A stretch of 64,000 nucleotides of DNA, from contig NC_068982.1 in assembly GCF_001194135.2 (NCBI RefSeq), positions 122,384,850 through 122,448,849 of the forward strand, in the 5' to 3' direction. A model generated the notes under the pieces. It ran no database searches. It was not told the origin of the DNA and saw nothing but the letters and a program-made list of their open reading frames with translations. Below are positions 26,661 through 40,990 of this stretch, in pieces (position 1 is the stretch's first letter; each line of letters begins with the position of its first letter). A program made the translations under genes and the position numbers. The DNA is from Octopus bimaculoides (lineage: Eukaryota).

Positions 26661-27010
26661 CATCATCATCATTTAACGTCTGTTGTCCATGCTGGCATGG
26701 GTTGGACAGTTTGACCAGGGCTAGTAAGCTGGAAGGCTGCACCAGACTCTGGTCTGATTTGGCATGGTTTCTACAGCTAGATGCCTTTCTTAACGCCAAC
26801 CATTCCGAGAGTGTTATGGGTGCTTTTACGTGTCACTGGCACAGGTGCCATTTGCATGACACTGGTATCTGCACAACTGCGATTTTGCTTGGCTTGATGG
26901 GCCTTCTTCTCAAGCATGACATAATGCCAAAGGTCTTGGTCATTGCCTCCAAGAGACCCAACATTTGAAAGAAACTCAGCCACTTTGCTTCCATGAGGCC
27001 CAACACTCAG
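26661..27010 (-). mobile_element. RTE 3' fragment (ORF2 end plus 3' UTR)
   Basis: Minus translation ending DQDLWHYVMLEKKAHQAK, followed by the family 3' UTR; (CAT)n tail on the + strand. Confidence 0.9.
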
Positions 27011-27453
27011 ACATAAATTTAAATGCAATGTATGTCTAATAAAGGGGAATTAAAAATTCAGAAAAGGATTTCAGATTCAGAAAAAAGGAAAAGAATTTAG
27101 TAAAAATCTCATGTCTCATCACTAGTTATTGTTTAGCCCCGGTTCAAACCTGATTATACTGACTTATTGAGAAATCACTTCATTTATAAATAAGTTGAGT
27201 GTACTTAATCTGAAAGGATGAATAAAACAAAGACACACACAAAAGCACTAATGAAGAATTAGTACAATAAATATTTTAAATATACTCGATACAGTTGAAG
27301 TAAAATACTATAGAGGAGCATTCTGTGGACCAAATACTAAATGGGGTCATATATGTAATATAGAACACTGAAAAGACACCCTTTTGGGGGAACTTAAAAA
27401 TCTAAAAGTAACAAGCAAAATAAGATCACTTGATCAAAATGTATTGATGAAAG

Positions 27454-27504
<51 letters not shown>

Positions 27505-27919
27505 GTATGTTCAATAAAAGAGCTTCTTCAGGGTTGTTCAGCTAACTGGTAGTAGCAATCACATCACAGTTTACTACATTGAAGGATATATGGAGCAATG
27601 TAGCTCTTGATATACATAGAAAAAAGCAGGTTGAAGTTATTTCATTATACTTCTGTTTGATTAGAAACCAACAACCAAGTTTACTTCAAGTCAGAGAGGG
27701 AAGGTCTCTATAGTCACTCCAAATTTCTCTCAAATCATACCCTACTGTCTTAACTTAAAGCATATTAGGTGATGTACATGTTCATTTTAAAAGCAAGTTA
27801 AAGAATAACAATGAAACATTTACTAATGGTGGAAGGGTATCCATACTGAGAATAGAGTTAAATTTAGTGCAAAATTTGTGTTGACTGGTAGTAGGTGAAA
27901 CTAAGTTTGAACCAGTACA

Positions 27920-28560
27920 AATTTTGTCTTACAAACACCACCCCCAACACACACCCATATTGATATTAATCTTTCTTCCTTACTACTATCCTTCTGAGTT
28001 ACCAAATTATCTTTCCTTTACCACCACGCACCTTTCACTCTGCACATGCAGTACATCCGCTTCTCTCTACCCCTTATCCTCTAGCAGCTTACCCAATCAC
28101 ATGTCAACTCTTTTTCTCACCCTTTTCTTTCTACTGTATCATCATTACTATTCTGCTACTCTTCACCACTCCCTTTTCTGAACTATCAATCACCTCTCAC
28201 TCTCCCTTATCTACCCCAACTCATATGCATCATTGGTCACTCCTTGTCCCTCAGCCATCATTCACTACAGTTCCTCAATCCTACCTAATCTTTGAAATAG
28301 TCACCTACTCTTCTCTACCTCCTCTACATATCTCTCAACATATGCCCTTCATTCATTATATTCATCCTTTCACCAATTTCTCATCTGTCACTTTCCTATA
28401 CATTTTTTCAACCCACACACTCCTGGCTCTTCTGTTCCCACTCACTTCTACCCACCTTGAGCCCTGATTACTCCTACTCTTTCTTCTAAAATATGAGCAG
28501 CCATAAGTTTCTTCTACAACAAGAACCCTGTTCAGCTCTGGCCCCTTCTTTCATGCTTAA
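27920..28560. repeat. C/T-rich low-complexity tract
   Basis: Strong G depletion on the + strand. The overlapping ORFs are compositionally biased (L/S/T/H/P). Confidence 0.7.
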
Positions 28561-29289
28561 ATCTCTCATCACTTAGCATAAAGTCGTCTTCCTCAGAGTT
28601 TGTAGTCTTGTAAGCTACATAGTGACATTAAAATAACATCTAGTACATGCTGTGAAGTGGCTGGCATTAGGAAGGCCATCCCAGCTTTAGAAACTATCCT
28701 AAAGCAGTTACTGGAGCACAAAGCAATCCTTGGATCTGTTGGATCCTGTCAGACTGTCCAACTCATGCTAACATTAAATAATGATGATGTGACATCATCA
28801 CCATCGTTTTAACATCCACTTTTCCATGCTTGCAAGGGATGTACAAAATTCTTTGAGGTAGATTTTCTAAGAAAGGATGTCCTTCCTGTTGCTAACCCTC
28901 ACATATTTTTAAGCAAGGTAATATTTTCCCCTATGATTGGATACTTTTGAAAATTGAAAATGAATGAAATCACTTATATGATAGTGACACTCACAATTAT
29001 CACACAATGTCAAGACAAGGAAGCACAAACACATATACATAACAGGCTTCTTTCAGTGTCCATCCACTAAATCTATGCAGGTGTCTGTAATAGAGGACAC
29101 TCGATTAAAAAGATATGCAGTGGATCGGAATCTGAAACTTGGTTGAGAAGTGAACTCAACCACATAACAATATATACATACAAGATAAAGTAAACAAAGA
29201 ATGTCTGGATGGAGGTGTTTTTTCTAGATTAGTCAATACACTTTTGTATTACATATCTGAAACCTTACTGTATTGAAGTCAAGTCCAGG

Positions 29290-29481
29290 ATAGGTAAAGC
29301 AATGCCAATATTCCAATGTCTCCATCTAATATGGAGATCATCAGTAAGAAGACAAAGCTGCAGCTATACTCATATATTGGTACACCAACAGCTATCTATG
29401 TCTGTGAGACCTTGAAGAAGACAGCAAAGATCTCCCAACTGATGATTGTACGCCATCAATACTATGTTCAATCCTGGGCAT

Positions 29482-29527
<46 letters not shown>

Positions 29528-29528
29528 A

Positions 29529-29577
<49 letters not shown>

Positions 29578-29636
29578 NNNNNNNNNNNNNNNNNNNNNNN
29601 NNNNNNNNNNNNNNNNNNNNNNNNNNNNNNNNNNNN

Positions 29637-29682
<46 letters not shown>

Positions 29683-29683
29683 A

Positions 29684-29728
<45 letters not shown>

Positions 29729-29990
29729 AAGAGAGAGAAAAAGAGAGAGAGACATGAAGAGCTGGCATGGGAAATTTGCAAGACATCATGAATACATGGC
29801 AGATACGGTTTGCTGGCCATGTGCATTGATTACCACAGGAGAGACATGCTACCATTGTGATGGAGTGGATGCTGGAAGGAGGAAAAAAACTGAGAAGACC
29901 AAGGAAGATGTAGCACAGTACATTCCTGAAGAAGGATTGTTGCACATGTGCTGAAAGCATTAGAGGCACCAAGAGCCAAGAACCATATTA
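29290..29990 (+). mobile_element. Old RTE ORF2 C-terminal fragment split by a (GA)n microsatellite
   Basis: Left: SKKTKLQLYSYIGTPTAIYVCETLKKT. Right, in a shifted frame: IRFAGHVH*LPQERHATIVMEWMLEGGKKLRRPRKM. GA tract at about 29485-29752. Confidence 0.8.
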
Positions 29991-31047
29991 AATATTCTAC
30001 TGTAAATGACATGAGCCAACATATTCATAAAATGGAATTTAAAACTTAAAGGTGTTTCTACATGTAAATTTAAAATGATTTCTAAACACATTCACAATCA
30101 AACTTACCAGAATGTTATTTCAGTATTAGGCTAAGAACTAACCAATGAACAATAACTAGATTCCAACACCTTAACTAGAATAACTTCTGCTTGGTACTAT
30201 GATAAATTACCGTCTTCAACATTAATTGCTTCTAATTTATCCTCATTTAACTACCATAGTTAAATTTACTTTTGATGAATAACAAAACATTAAAATATGT
30301 TTATAGTATCAAAATACTTCTTGTAAATTTAAGTTCATTATAGTAAATGATCAGATTACTAGGTTCAATAAGTTCAACTTCGGAGGTGAAATGACAAAAA
30401 AAAAAAAAAGAGAAATAAAAAAAAGACATCTGCACCTACTTGATGCAAATATTGAAGAATATTTTTTATCTTCAGAAATGAAGCTAATAGGTTGTCAGGA
30501 TCATTAGAACATAAAATATAATGCTTCTTGAGATTTGAACTGCTTCTTTAAGCTCCAAATTCAGATCCCAGCATGGTCAATTTTGCCTTTCATCCTTTTG
30601 AGGGTCGTTAAAAAAAAAGTGGATTGACAAAATTGCAAGAATATTGGACTATATACCTTGTGTTATTTGTTCCAGCTCTTTCCAATGAGTTTAAATCCTG
30701 CCAAGCCTTCTTGGATAATAGGATTAATTTGCTTCCTAGTTCAACATCAGGACGTGATTCTTGGGTACCTTTAGTGCTGGACACACTGTTGTAGGTATGC
30801 AATTTGAGGATACCTACTTCCTCAACTAATTAGCCTTTTAACAACTTCAAGTACACCAGTAGAACTCACAATACACTAAATATTTAGAGAAACCAGAATC
30901 TTATAGATATGAGCCATGAACAAAATATTCAGTTTAGACTACTTCTTTAACTAGAATCAAAAACATCTTTTGAATAGCTGAATTTTTTGTGAGTTTTACT
31001 AGGTCATTGCTTCCTTAAATCTAGTGCTGACAAAAACAATGAACTGA

Positions 31048-31548
31048 AGGACGCTTTAGATACAAATAATTACAGAGGTATGAAGTTGTTGGATCAGGTA
31101 ATGAAAGTCACGGAGAGGGTCATAGCCCAACTAATTAGAGAGAGAGTCAGTTTAGATGAGATGCAGTCTGGGTTCGTTCCAGGGAAAAGCACCACTGATG
31201 CTATATTTCTGGTAAGACAGCTACAAGAGAAATACCTAGCCATAGATAAACCTCTGTACCTGGCTTTTGTTGACATGGAGAAAGTCTTTGACAGGGTCCC
31301 CCGATCCCTTATCTGGTGGTCAAAAATATCCTTTGAGCATGGTCGTTGCCAGAACTGCCTGAATCGACCTTGTGCCGGTGACACGTAAATGCACCCACTA
31401 CACTCTCAGTGGTTGGCGTTAGGAAGGGCATCCAGCTGTAGAAACTTTGGCAGATCAGATTGAGCCTGCTGCAGCCTCTGGCTCACCAGTCCCCAGTGAA
31501 ACCATCCAACCCGTGCCAGCATGGAAAGCGGACATTAAATGATGATGA
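31048..31548 (+). mobile_element. 5'-truncated, internally deleted RTE LINE
   Basis: DALDTNNYRGMKLLDQVMKVTERV...QSGFVPGKSTTDAIFLVRQLQEKY...AFVDMEKVFDRVPR (RT N-terminal motifs) joins directly at about 31323 to the family 3' UTR and GAT tail. Confidence 0.93.
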
Positions 31549-31891
31549 AGATTACTACTTATTAGGCTGAGAATATTAAAAAAAAATTCTCTTTGTTAAC
31601 AAGAACTTTAGACTAATATGATCTAAGGAAAAAGAAAATGTGAACACCTGGTATTCACCTAGTATCTTTATGTCTATATCCTTACAAAATAAATAAATAG
31701 CCATTTGTTACTATAAAGTTAATCTGTATATTATTTTGATATCACTCTGCTATATGGGTCATTTAAGATATCTGGCATAGTCAAGTGATTAATAATGCAC
31801 TATAAAATTTCACAAACCTTTAGAATTATAGACAAGCTTATACTGAATTAAGAGATTGCTATCTCTTAATACATAGCTCTTGTTTATTCAT

Positions 31892-32052
31892 CATCATCAT
31901 CATCATCATCGTTTAACGTCCGCTTTCCATGCTAGCATGGGTTGGACGATTTGACTGAGGACTGGTGAAACCGGATGGCAACACCAGGCTCCAGTCTGAT
32001 TTGGCAGAGTTTCTACAGCTGGATGCCCTTCCTAACGCCAACCACTCAGAGA
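31892..32052 (-). mobile_element. Young RTE 3' tail with 6-bp TSD
   Basis: Identical by eye to the reverse complement of 48250-48391; ATTCAT at 31886-31891 and 32053-32058. Confidence 0.95.
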
Positions 32053-34589
32053 ATTCATGATGTGAAATCAACCAGAGATGACTTCATGTCATGAATAAAT
32101 AATTTAAACAAAATGCTTAGTAAGTTACTGAACCAATCTAAAGAAGTGTTTCAGATTCACATAAACTTTCTACATCTGGAACTTTGGTAAAGTAAGACAT
32201 CAACAACATACAATTCTTGCTGGTAAGAATAAGTTTCTAAATTGGCTAGAAAAATTTGAAGGACTGGTTTGATCTAATGGTAGAATGTCTCATGTTTACA
32301 GGAGATATGGGTTTATGTCCTATGGACAGCTTTTGATTTTTCAATCCAAAACGGTTTTCAATCCAATATTTACATACTATTATCTATAGCATTTTGTGCT
32401 TCAAGATCCACTGTTCAAAAAAAAAAAAAAAAAACAAGCTAAGGATACTGCTAAGATATTGTGGTTAAGCACAAGTTATATAGACCTATGGAAAAAGTTC
32501 TAATCATCTTGTCTTTTTGTATATCAAGGACTACAATGTTCATTGTATTTGTTTTATTTAGTATGGTGTATGCAAGATTTGGCTGTTATTTCTAGTAGGT
32601 TGAATGATTATGTTGAGCTCTCTTCCTTCACTTGTTCTGATTAGGCCACTTAAGACATCAATGAAAAATTAAAAAATACTAATGTATAAAAACTAATATA
32701 GAGTGTCCTAATATAGAGTTGTCTAAGACAGTTCTAGTCTGATAAAGCAACCACACCAGAGAAACAAGTTAAAAACCTAAGGGGTTCACAGCAACATGAC
32801 ATATAAACCTGAAAATATGAAACAAAAGAGTACAAGATTTAAAAGAATTCTTATGGCTTGTATAAAATATATAAGCCATTTGTATTATAGACAGATTTTC
32901 ATGTATTCACTAATAAGCTGAAAGTCCCCAAACCTGTGAACAATGTCCTTTTCATTTATACCAAGGGACTAATTGTTTGGCATGAATAACATGTGAAAGA
33001 AGGAGTTTTACTTTAGCAGACAAAATATACATGGAATATATAGACCAAGCAATCAATACAAAATGGCTTTATTTTCAATTACTGTAATACAAGGTATTAA
33101 GGCTGAGGAGTGTTTGTGTGTGTGTGTATATGTATGTGTGGAGAATTCATTTAACAAAGAATGCAGCCTGAACAATAAGAAAATGGATAACATTAAGAGT
33201 AGGTAAAAATCACCATCAGTTAAACCTACTGTCTATGATGTTTGCAAACTGTCTGATGGAATATAAAGACACCAATTGTGGAGAATACTTATTTTTATAT
33301 CTTTGATAAACAGACATGAAGACAAAGACTTTAGATATTTTAATGGTTTGATGACATTATATACAGACAAATAACTGTTTGTAAATAACAACTACTACTG
33401 ATTTTAATAAGAACAATGTACCAGCCAGTATACATACATATTTTACATATGTGTGTGTATGTGTATCACTGGAATAAAGTTTCTTGTCCACACATATAAA
33501 TACAAAGAGGCATTGATTCATAAACAGATTTTTCTTTGTCATGTAAGGAAAGTTCATGAATATATAAAAAAAAATCTATGGTTGATCACCTTGGCAACAA
33601 AGCCAAAGGATGTTGATAAAACTCAAAACAATTATATAGAGAAATTCATTATTTATTAATTTATTTTTATTTCATTAAACTGAGAATTATTCAGTAAAGA
33701 ATCATAATTTTGCTTATGTATTCACAGCTTTAATGATTAAAATTGAATGGCATTAAATAGCTGAAGTAAAAAGTGATATATTCAAATTTACATTAAGGTA
33801 AGATCAATAGGACATCAATAAGTATTAATGGTCAAGCATTTTATAAACTATAATCAATGTTGGGATGCAACTCACAGTGACAAAACTACCAGCTCAATAT
33901 AGCAACAGTATCAACAATTTCATAATCAGGCACAAAAACATAGTTACTGTGAGTAGACTTTGTTGGTCAAGACATTGATGCAACAATAAAAATGATTTCT
34001 CACATTGGTACAAGATGTGGGGTTTAGCTGATTGAATTGATCCAGTTCCCAATCAATACTTATCCTATCATTTCTAAAGGGACAAGTAAAATGGCATTTT
34101 GTCCTGGACATTATGCTTCTGCTATTCTCTGATTTATTTTCTATTACAGTTTGTGAATGGTAGCATTGTTATTAACAGGTTCATGATAGACTAACCATTG
34201 GTTTACAACATTTCCAAATAGTGAGAATGATAACTTTGTACAGAGATCAGTGATTTTTCACCAATGTTTAAATGATTGACAATAGGTAGTCATTCATGTA
34301 TATCTGTCTATCTACACACACACACACACACAAATGATGGACTTCTGCAATTCCTGTCAACCAAAGTCCCATTGCAAATAATTGCTTAAGCTATGTCAGA
34401 AGACATTTACCTAAAGTAGTGCAAGGTTGGTTTGAACCTGGAACCAAATTGTTGGAAAGTGAATTCTTTAATCATACAGTCAAATGACTGCACCTGTTAA
34501 TAATTCCTAACCATGACACAAAGCCACACATTGTGAAGCGATTTAGTAACTTATACCCTATCATCTTAGAAAAGTAATTCGGTGTACGA

Positions 34590-34676
<87 letters not shown>

Positions 34677-36186
34677 GAGAGAGAGAGAGAGTCAGCTGGA
34701 ATGCTTTGATCAGGTGTTTGTTCAATCAAGGTAGACTAAGGGTTAAGTGACAAGCTAAGAAAAAGGAAGATTTATAATCACAAGCATTCTATTTTAGAAT
34801 TACCAAATAACATCACAATGGCTGAATATGTGTACTTAAATGATAAAAGAAACAAAACAAAATGAACTAACTAAAGCACAATGTCTCAGAATTATAGAGA
34901 AAGAAAAATAGATTAAGGACCTTTTATGTCTTTTATGTATTGTTGGCATCTTTGACTAGAATGCAGGGAAATAGTTAGGTGGGCCATTGCAGTGCACACA
35001 AACAACAATAATGACTAGGTGCATATGCCTAAGTAGGCTTTAGGGTGAAAGAAACTTGTAAAATTTAGTATTTTTTCAAGGATTAATAATACATATATAC
35101 AATCTAAAGTAGGTGTTGTCTTCAGAGGAATATAACTGACCCAAAAAAATAAACTTGCTTGGTTTGGGAAACATTTCTGAAAAATGTAAACTGACATTAA
35201 ACATGTTTTACAAAGACTTGGTTACAAATGAAAAGAAAAGAAAGAATGACAAGATTGTGTGAATATGTGAGGACATGTTTTCCTTTAGAATATGTATGTA
35301 ATTTAAAAGACATTTACCAGACAGAATACACACACATACACACACACAATAATCTCAATCCTCACATGCTACAAATGAAAATGTAGTTTATATTATGTAT
35401 TCTAGACAATGAGAGGATGGGCTAGAATTGAGTCAGTTAAAAAAAGAAAAACAACAGCAATGACAAAACCTTTTCAGCATTGACGGAAGTTTGCAACAAG
35501 TCTTTCAAATACAAAGTTGAGAGGAAAAAAAAAAATAGAAAAGAAAATATTATATTACTTTCTTTCCAGCTACTTCATGAATTCAGGAGCTTCATCAGAC
35601 AGAGAAAGTAAGTGGATGAGAAATCATTTGGATAAAGTAATGAAGAATTTAAGTTAAAAAATATATGCTGGTTATTTTATAACATGAAGAATGTTGTCTA
35701 TCTGGCTGTATTGATAGGAAAGATATTGATTTGATGGACAAATAGTTGAGAGTTCATAACCTAGCACTGGTCTAGCCCACCTAACTGTACTATATTCAAC
35801 TAATATGTGCTTCATTTGCTTGCAGTGTTATCTATGTTATAGCCTGTACCATTGTGGGTTAAGGATCTTGGCTAGTGGCACAGTGTTCCTGCTTGTTGAC
35901 ACAACCTCATTATAGAAAAAGCAATCAAATCTCACTTAATTTACATCCTACTAAGGGAAAGGCACACCGGACAATGTAGTCCTGGGTTCCTTGCACATTG
36001 GTAAAAGATAAGACGGTTTGATGGCTGGAAACTACATAATCACAGATCCACTTGAAGTGGGTTGAGCAGGGATTATACAGCTGGATACAACACAACTCTC
36101 CTTATAATTTGTCTCAAGAGTTGGATGAACTCTACCAGTAGATACACAGCAGAAAACCAAAGGTTTCAAGTACTTTCAAGTAAGCA

Positions 36187-36250
<64 letters not shown>

Positions 36251-37524
36251 TGTGTGTCACATGTTAGTTCTCTGACTGAATAATTGAGTGTAAAGTTTAA
36301 TGTGAAGAAAAAGAAGGATATAATAGGTTGATTTTGTAGAGAGACAAGCTTGCTGAGTGGATAAGATATTGGACAAATTGTTCACTAATATGTTCATATC
36401 TGCTGCATTATTTTCCTGCATGTAAGACCTTATTTTAATTGCTTCAATTTACCTAATCTCATTCACAAGGCACCAGACATTAAAAAGTTCCTTGGGACTG
36501 AGACTCATATGTTGCTGCTGTTATTGTCCTTTCTTTGCCTCACACAGTACATCAAAGAGCACACAGGCTTTACATTTTAAGATGATAATGTAAGATTTGA
36601 AGGAGATTTAGTGACTACTTCTAGTACATCAAATAGCTGTGCAAAGACTCTGTATGTCTATATACTTTGGTAGTGGCCAGCACAGTAGCTGACATGGTGG
36701 GATGGTTAGAATAGCAGCTGGCATGGTGGGAGAAGACAAGGAATTATTGGTGTGCATTGAAACATTTTGTGGAAAACTACACTTCTAAAAGCAGATACAT
36801 CAAATCCAAAATGACACCTTGATAATTCAGGATCAGCCAAATCATGTTAGAGGCTTCATAACCTACAAAAAAATCCTGCATCTGTTACATAAGTACCACA
36901 AATATCACTCAGACACTACTAATAACAGGGCATTTAGGCACATTACAATAGGTTGGAATGATTGGAATGAAGTTGATGAAGAGAGCAGCTAGAAAGTTGT
37001 AAGTTTATTACAGAGATAGAAGAAGCAGAGAATTGTTATGCAACAACAGGTCAAGAATCAAAAAATAAGGGGAATGAGACAGTAAGAATATAATAAAAGA
37101 TGTATATGGCTACATTTGAAGAAAAAGCATGGTTTAGTCCAGAGAATGGAGCTCAACTCAGGGAAGCTACAATAGTAATATTAGAAAAGAAACAGCCTGT
37201 TTTTTTTTTGCATAACAATGTATATCCGAATGTTGTTAGTGAATCAACATACACTCATGGTTAAAATATTTCTTGGTTTTGAAGTGAATACTAGGATTCT
37301 TTCAAGTAGTTTTAGATCATGAAAATGTAGAAACTTCAAGAATATGTAAAATAAATCATTTTAACAGTGAATTTTAAATAGATAATAACAGGTAATACAT
37401 TGGATGAAAAAAGCCTCTGGGTGGATGTTTTTCATCCAATATAGATTGTAAAAAAGGGTTGACAACTTCATGTGGTACACAAACAGACACTTTTGTCCAA
37501 CCCAAGGTTTTTTTAAACCAACAC

Positions 37525-37730
37525 ATTGGTTTCAAATTTTGGTACAAGGGCAATAATTTGCAGGGAGGAGTAAATCGATTATATTAACCCCAATGTTAAA
37601 CTGGTAATAATTTTATCAACCCTGAAAGGATGAAAGGCAAAGTTGAAATTTAAACCCACAATGTAACAATGGACAAAATGCTGCAAAGCATTTTACCTGA
37701 GATGCTAATGAATCTATCAGCTCACTGCCC
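37525..37730 (-). mobile_element. Decayed SINE family A
   Basis: Core ATCAACCCTGAAAGGATGAAAGGCAAAGTTG and head remnant CAGCTCACTGCCC. Confidence 0.75.
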
Positions 37731-39324
37731 ATTTTTAACTCACTACATTACATGCTATGAGATATAGTTGAATACACTTTGAGACTCACCCTTTAATGAT
37801 TATATTGCAGTCTTAGAATTGTTGACAATAAAGAGCTTTTTTAGACAAAGAGTTTGAAATAGTAATTAGAAGCATTTGTAATTGAATGGTTAAGGGTGAA
37901 GGAAGGGCTTTTGAAGTTGTCATTGGAAGAATTCTTATTAGCAAGCAATATTTCCATTTTAGTGCCATTACATAAATTGTACCAATTTATAAAATGACAC
38001 TAAATTTAAGGTCTTTATGTCCCAGGTAGCCTCATCAAGCAGAACTTTGTTCAAAAACATTCCAGTCATAAACATACTATCTTTTCAGGAATAGTGTACT
38101 CTGACCTACATTATCTGAGGTGATCTTTTTTTATGACAAGGTGTGGCTTGAGAGAGATTTCATTGCTATTTGAAGCTTCTTTGTTGGCTCATAAAAGCTT
38201 TTAAATGATGGAAAAGGTGACTGTCTGTTGGCAACATTTCATCTTAACAACAAACAAGAGATACTAGAACTAATGGAAAATCATTTGATGAAATGAAGCA
38301 ATAAGTTAAGGAAATATGAAAGACTTTTAGAGCTCACCAAGTGTTGGGAATGTGATGAATATTGGTATATGTATATTCATATAAAAATTGGGGGGAGGGG
38401 GGGTTCAGTTTAGAACTGTATCCATTGCATACTTCCCATTTCAAGATAGTAGGTTGTAAGTAGAGTACAATTTGGCTGTTATTTTTAGCAAATCAAGCCA
38501 ACTTGTAAAGCAAAGGTAAATTTTACCCACATTCAAATTTGAAACTGCTTGCTAATGATTTCTGTAAAAATGTATGAAAAGCAAAGATTTAAGACCAAAC
38601 AGTTATTTTTTAAAATGTTATTTATATACATAGGGATTTCTGAAATTAATGATTTACTCTTTACTTCAGTAAAGGTTTTATACACTGGCAATTCATGCCT
38701 ACAACCTAAAAAACTTAGCCCACCCCTGCAAAAAAAGGCTCTCTGTAGTCAAATTTCAAAGGAAAATTGGTTAGCCAGAAGGGGTTCTTTTTCTTGTTTT
38801 CATTTTTAATACCTTTGCTAATAGCAAAGGTTGACTACATTTTGACACGGTCTCACACAGGAAAGAGTTACCAAAAGAGCTGGCATTTTGTAATCAAGAC
38901 AAATTACTGCTATGAAGATAGTAAGCTAATTTCTAAAAAAACATTTTCTGGAATATAAGCAGGACAAATGATAGAAGTTTGTGTCTCATTACAAGGAACA
39001 AATAAGATTAAATTTCAACACATTCAGAATTAATCATTTTCTTTGTACAGTTAATTAACCGAATAGTGCAGTTGAGTAGTAACTATGTAAAATCTTTGAC
39101 TCAATGACAGAAGACTAACATGAAATTTCTGGAAATATCAAGATGTATTATTTGGATTTTGAAGAAACATATCCATTAAAAGTGTAGTGTACTCTCAGGA
39201 TAAACAATACAGTGGACATTAAAATAAAATAAAATATGTTATTTTGTTTAACCCTTATGTGACTTGAATGGCCTGCATGTGTTTCAAATATTTTTTAATA
39301 TAATCAAAATTTCAAGAGGTTTAA

Positions 39325-39531
39325 CCCTTTCGTTACTGATTTATTTTGAGATGCTCTGTGTTTCTTTCAATTGCCTTAAATATAACAAAGAATTTAGTAA
39401 AATAACCTAGTTATCATTCAGCTAGTGCTAGGAACATAAATTGCAACTAAGGTTTGGTGGAAGATTTTAATTCAAAACTTTGAAAACAAGACATTTGTAC
39501 TCATATCCAGAGCCGGTTGGTAATGAAAGGG
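39325..39531. mobile_element. piggyBac-type MITE (207 bp)
   Basis: TTAA (39321-39324)|CCCTTTCGTTACT ... GGTAATGAAAGGG|TTAA (39532-39535). The left TIR is identical to that of the 14522 element. Confidence 0.88.
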
Positions 39532-40819
39532 TTAATAAGATACCAATATCTTTATATACTATAACAGCACTAAGCAAATGAATCTTACAATATCCTTTAT
39601 GCTATGAGAAAAAAAAAGCAAGACAAACCAATGATTTGCAGAGAATGAGAGATATAAGCTGATGATGGATGTTGTGAAGAGAAATGGGATGAGATGATTG
39701 AGTCATGAGTAGAAGGATGAAAATGACTGAAGAGAAGTAACAGAAATGAATGTGGCAGGAAGTAGAGAAAGAAGACTGAGAAATACCTATAAGAGGAGAA
39801 TGATATGAGGGTGAGGGATCAGTGAGAGGATGTAGAGGATATGGTAAAATGGAGAAGACTGTCACGGGGCCTATGTACAAGAATTTGATTGAGACTTTAA
39901 TTTAAACTCTTTACTGTGAGCAGTCTCAGGTGAGTTGCTATCAAAATAGTAAAACTAGATAAAATAAAGCTTGAAATATACATTGGTTAGAGCTCAGAAT
40001 AACTACAGATGTAATTACACTAAAAGTAACTACATAAACCATAGATTTTATTATTCCTGAAGAGTATAAATGTAAATTCCGACCCACTCTTTAAGTCTAC
40101 ATAAAAGCTAGACCCTGTACATCAGAGAAATTCCCTCAAAGGATTTAGAGAGCTCAACTAAAATCCTTAGGTGTCCATCTGCATTGCCTTAAACTAAATA
40201 TATTTCAATCCTAATTGAGCAGATGTATGATTATGACCAAAGACATTAAGCCATGACAAATTATCTACTTTTCAAACATAATGTTATTTATAAATACATA
40301 ATTCATTATAACCATCAATTTAAAAGATAGTTGAGTCTTGATTTGAGATTTAGCTGCTATTTCCAGCAGATTAAACTACCATGTAGAGGCTCTTTTATTG
40401 ACTTGAATTAAATACATAAAATTTCTATTATGAGTAAGATTTAAATATCTTCCCTAAAAAAAAAAAAAAAAAAAGAAGACTTATAACGAGGTGACATAGC
40501 TAACAATAGTTATTTGCTACAAAGCTGGTACTCAGAGCATAAAGAAAATTCTAAAGAAATTATTTCATGCTGTGAACAAGTATAAAACAGATTATAAGAT
40601 ATTATAGTGAGAAATGATTTTCTTCTCACAGGACAAGGTGTGTTGAGGTGGAGGCAAAGAAAGTTAATCTTGATGTGTTCAACTATAGACAGTTTACTTT
40701 CCCACACCAACACACAAAATTAATAAAACATTTTTCGATACTGTTACAATTTGCACAAGATTGAACCACAACATATTTCTAACTACTTTTATATGAGACA
40801 ACAAGGGAGCCTCTTTGTT

Positions 40820-40990
40820 GTTTCTTGACCTACTAGAAGCAGCAGTATAATCTTTCTCAAATCATAACCTACATCTTTAAAACAAAAGAAAAAAAAAGGT
40901 TTAAGGACATTGAGCAATATAGTTCAAAATATGTTTGAAAGTAAAAAATGGACTGGCCATGGTTGGAATACTTTTAATCTTAGACCTGTG
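40820..40990 (+). repeat. Abundant interspersed repeat, family D (representative copy)
   Basis: Motif TAGAA..AGCAG..AAATCT..CTCAAATCA...GGCCATGG.TGGAAT.C.TTT recurs in both orientations, e.g. about 23520-23615, 40220-40400, 45040-45200, 52340-52520 and 58000-58110. Class not determined. Confidence 0.65.
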
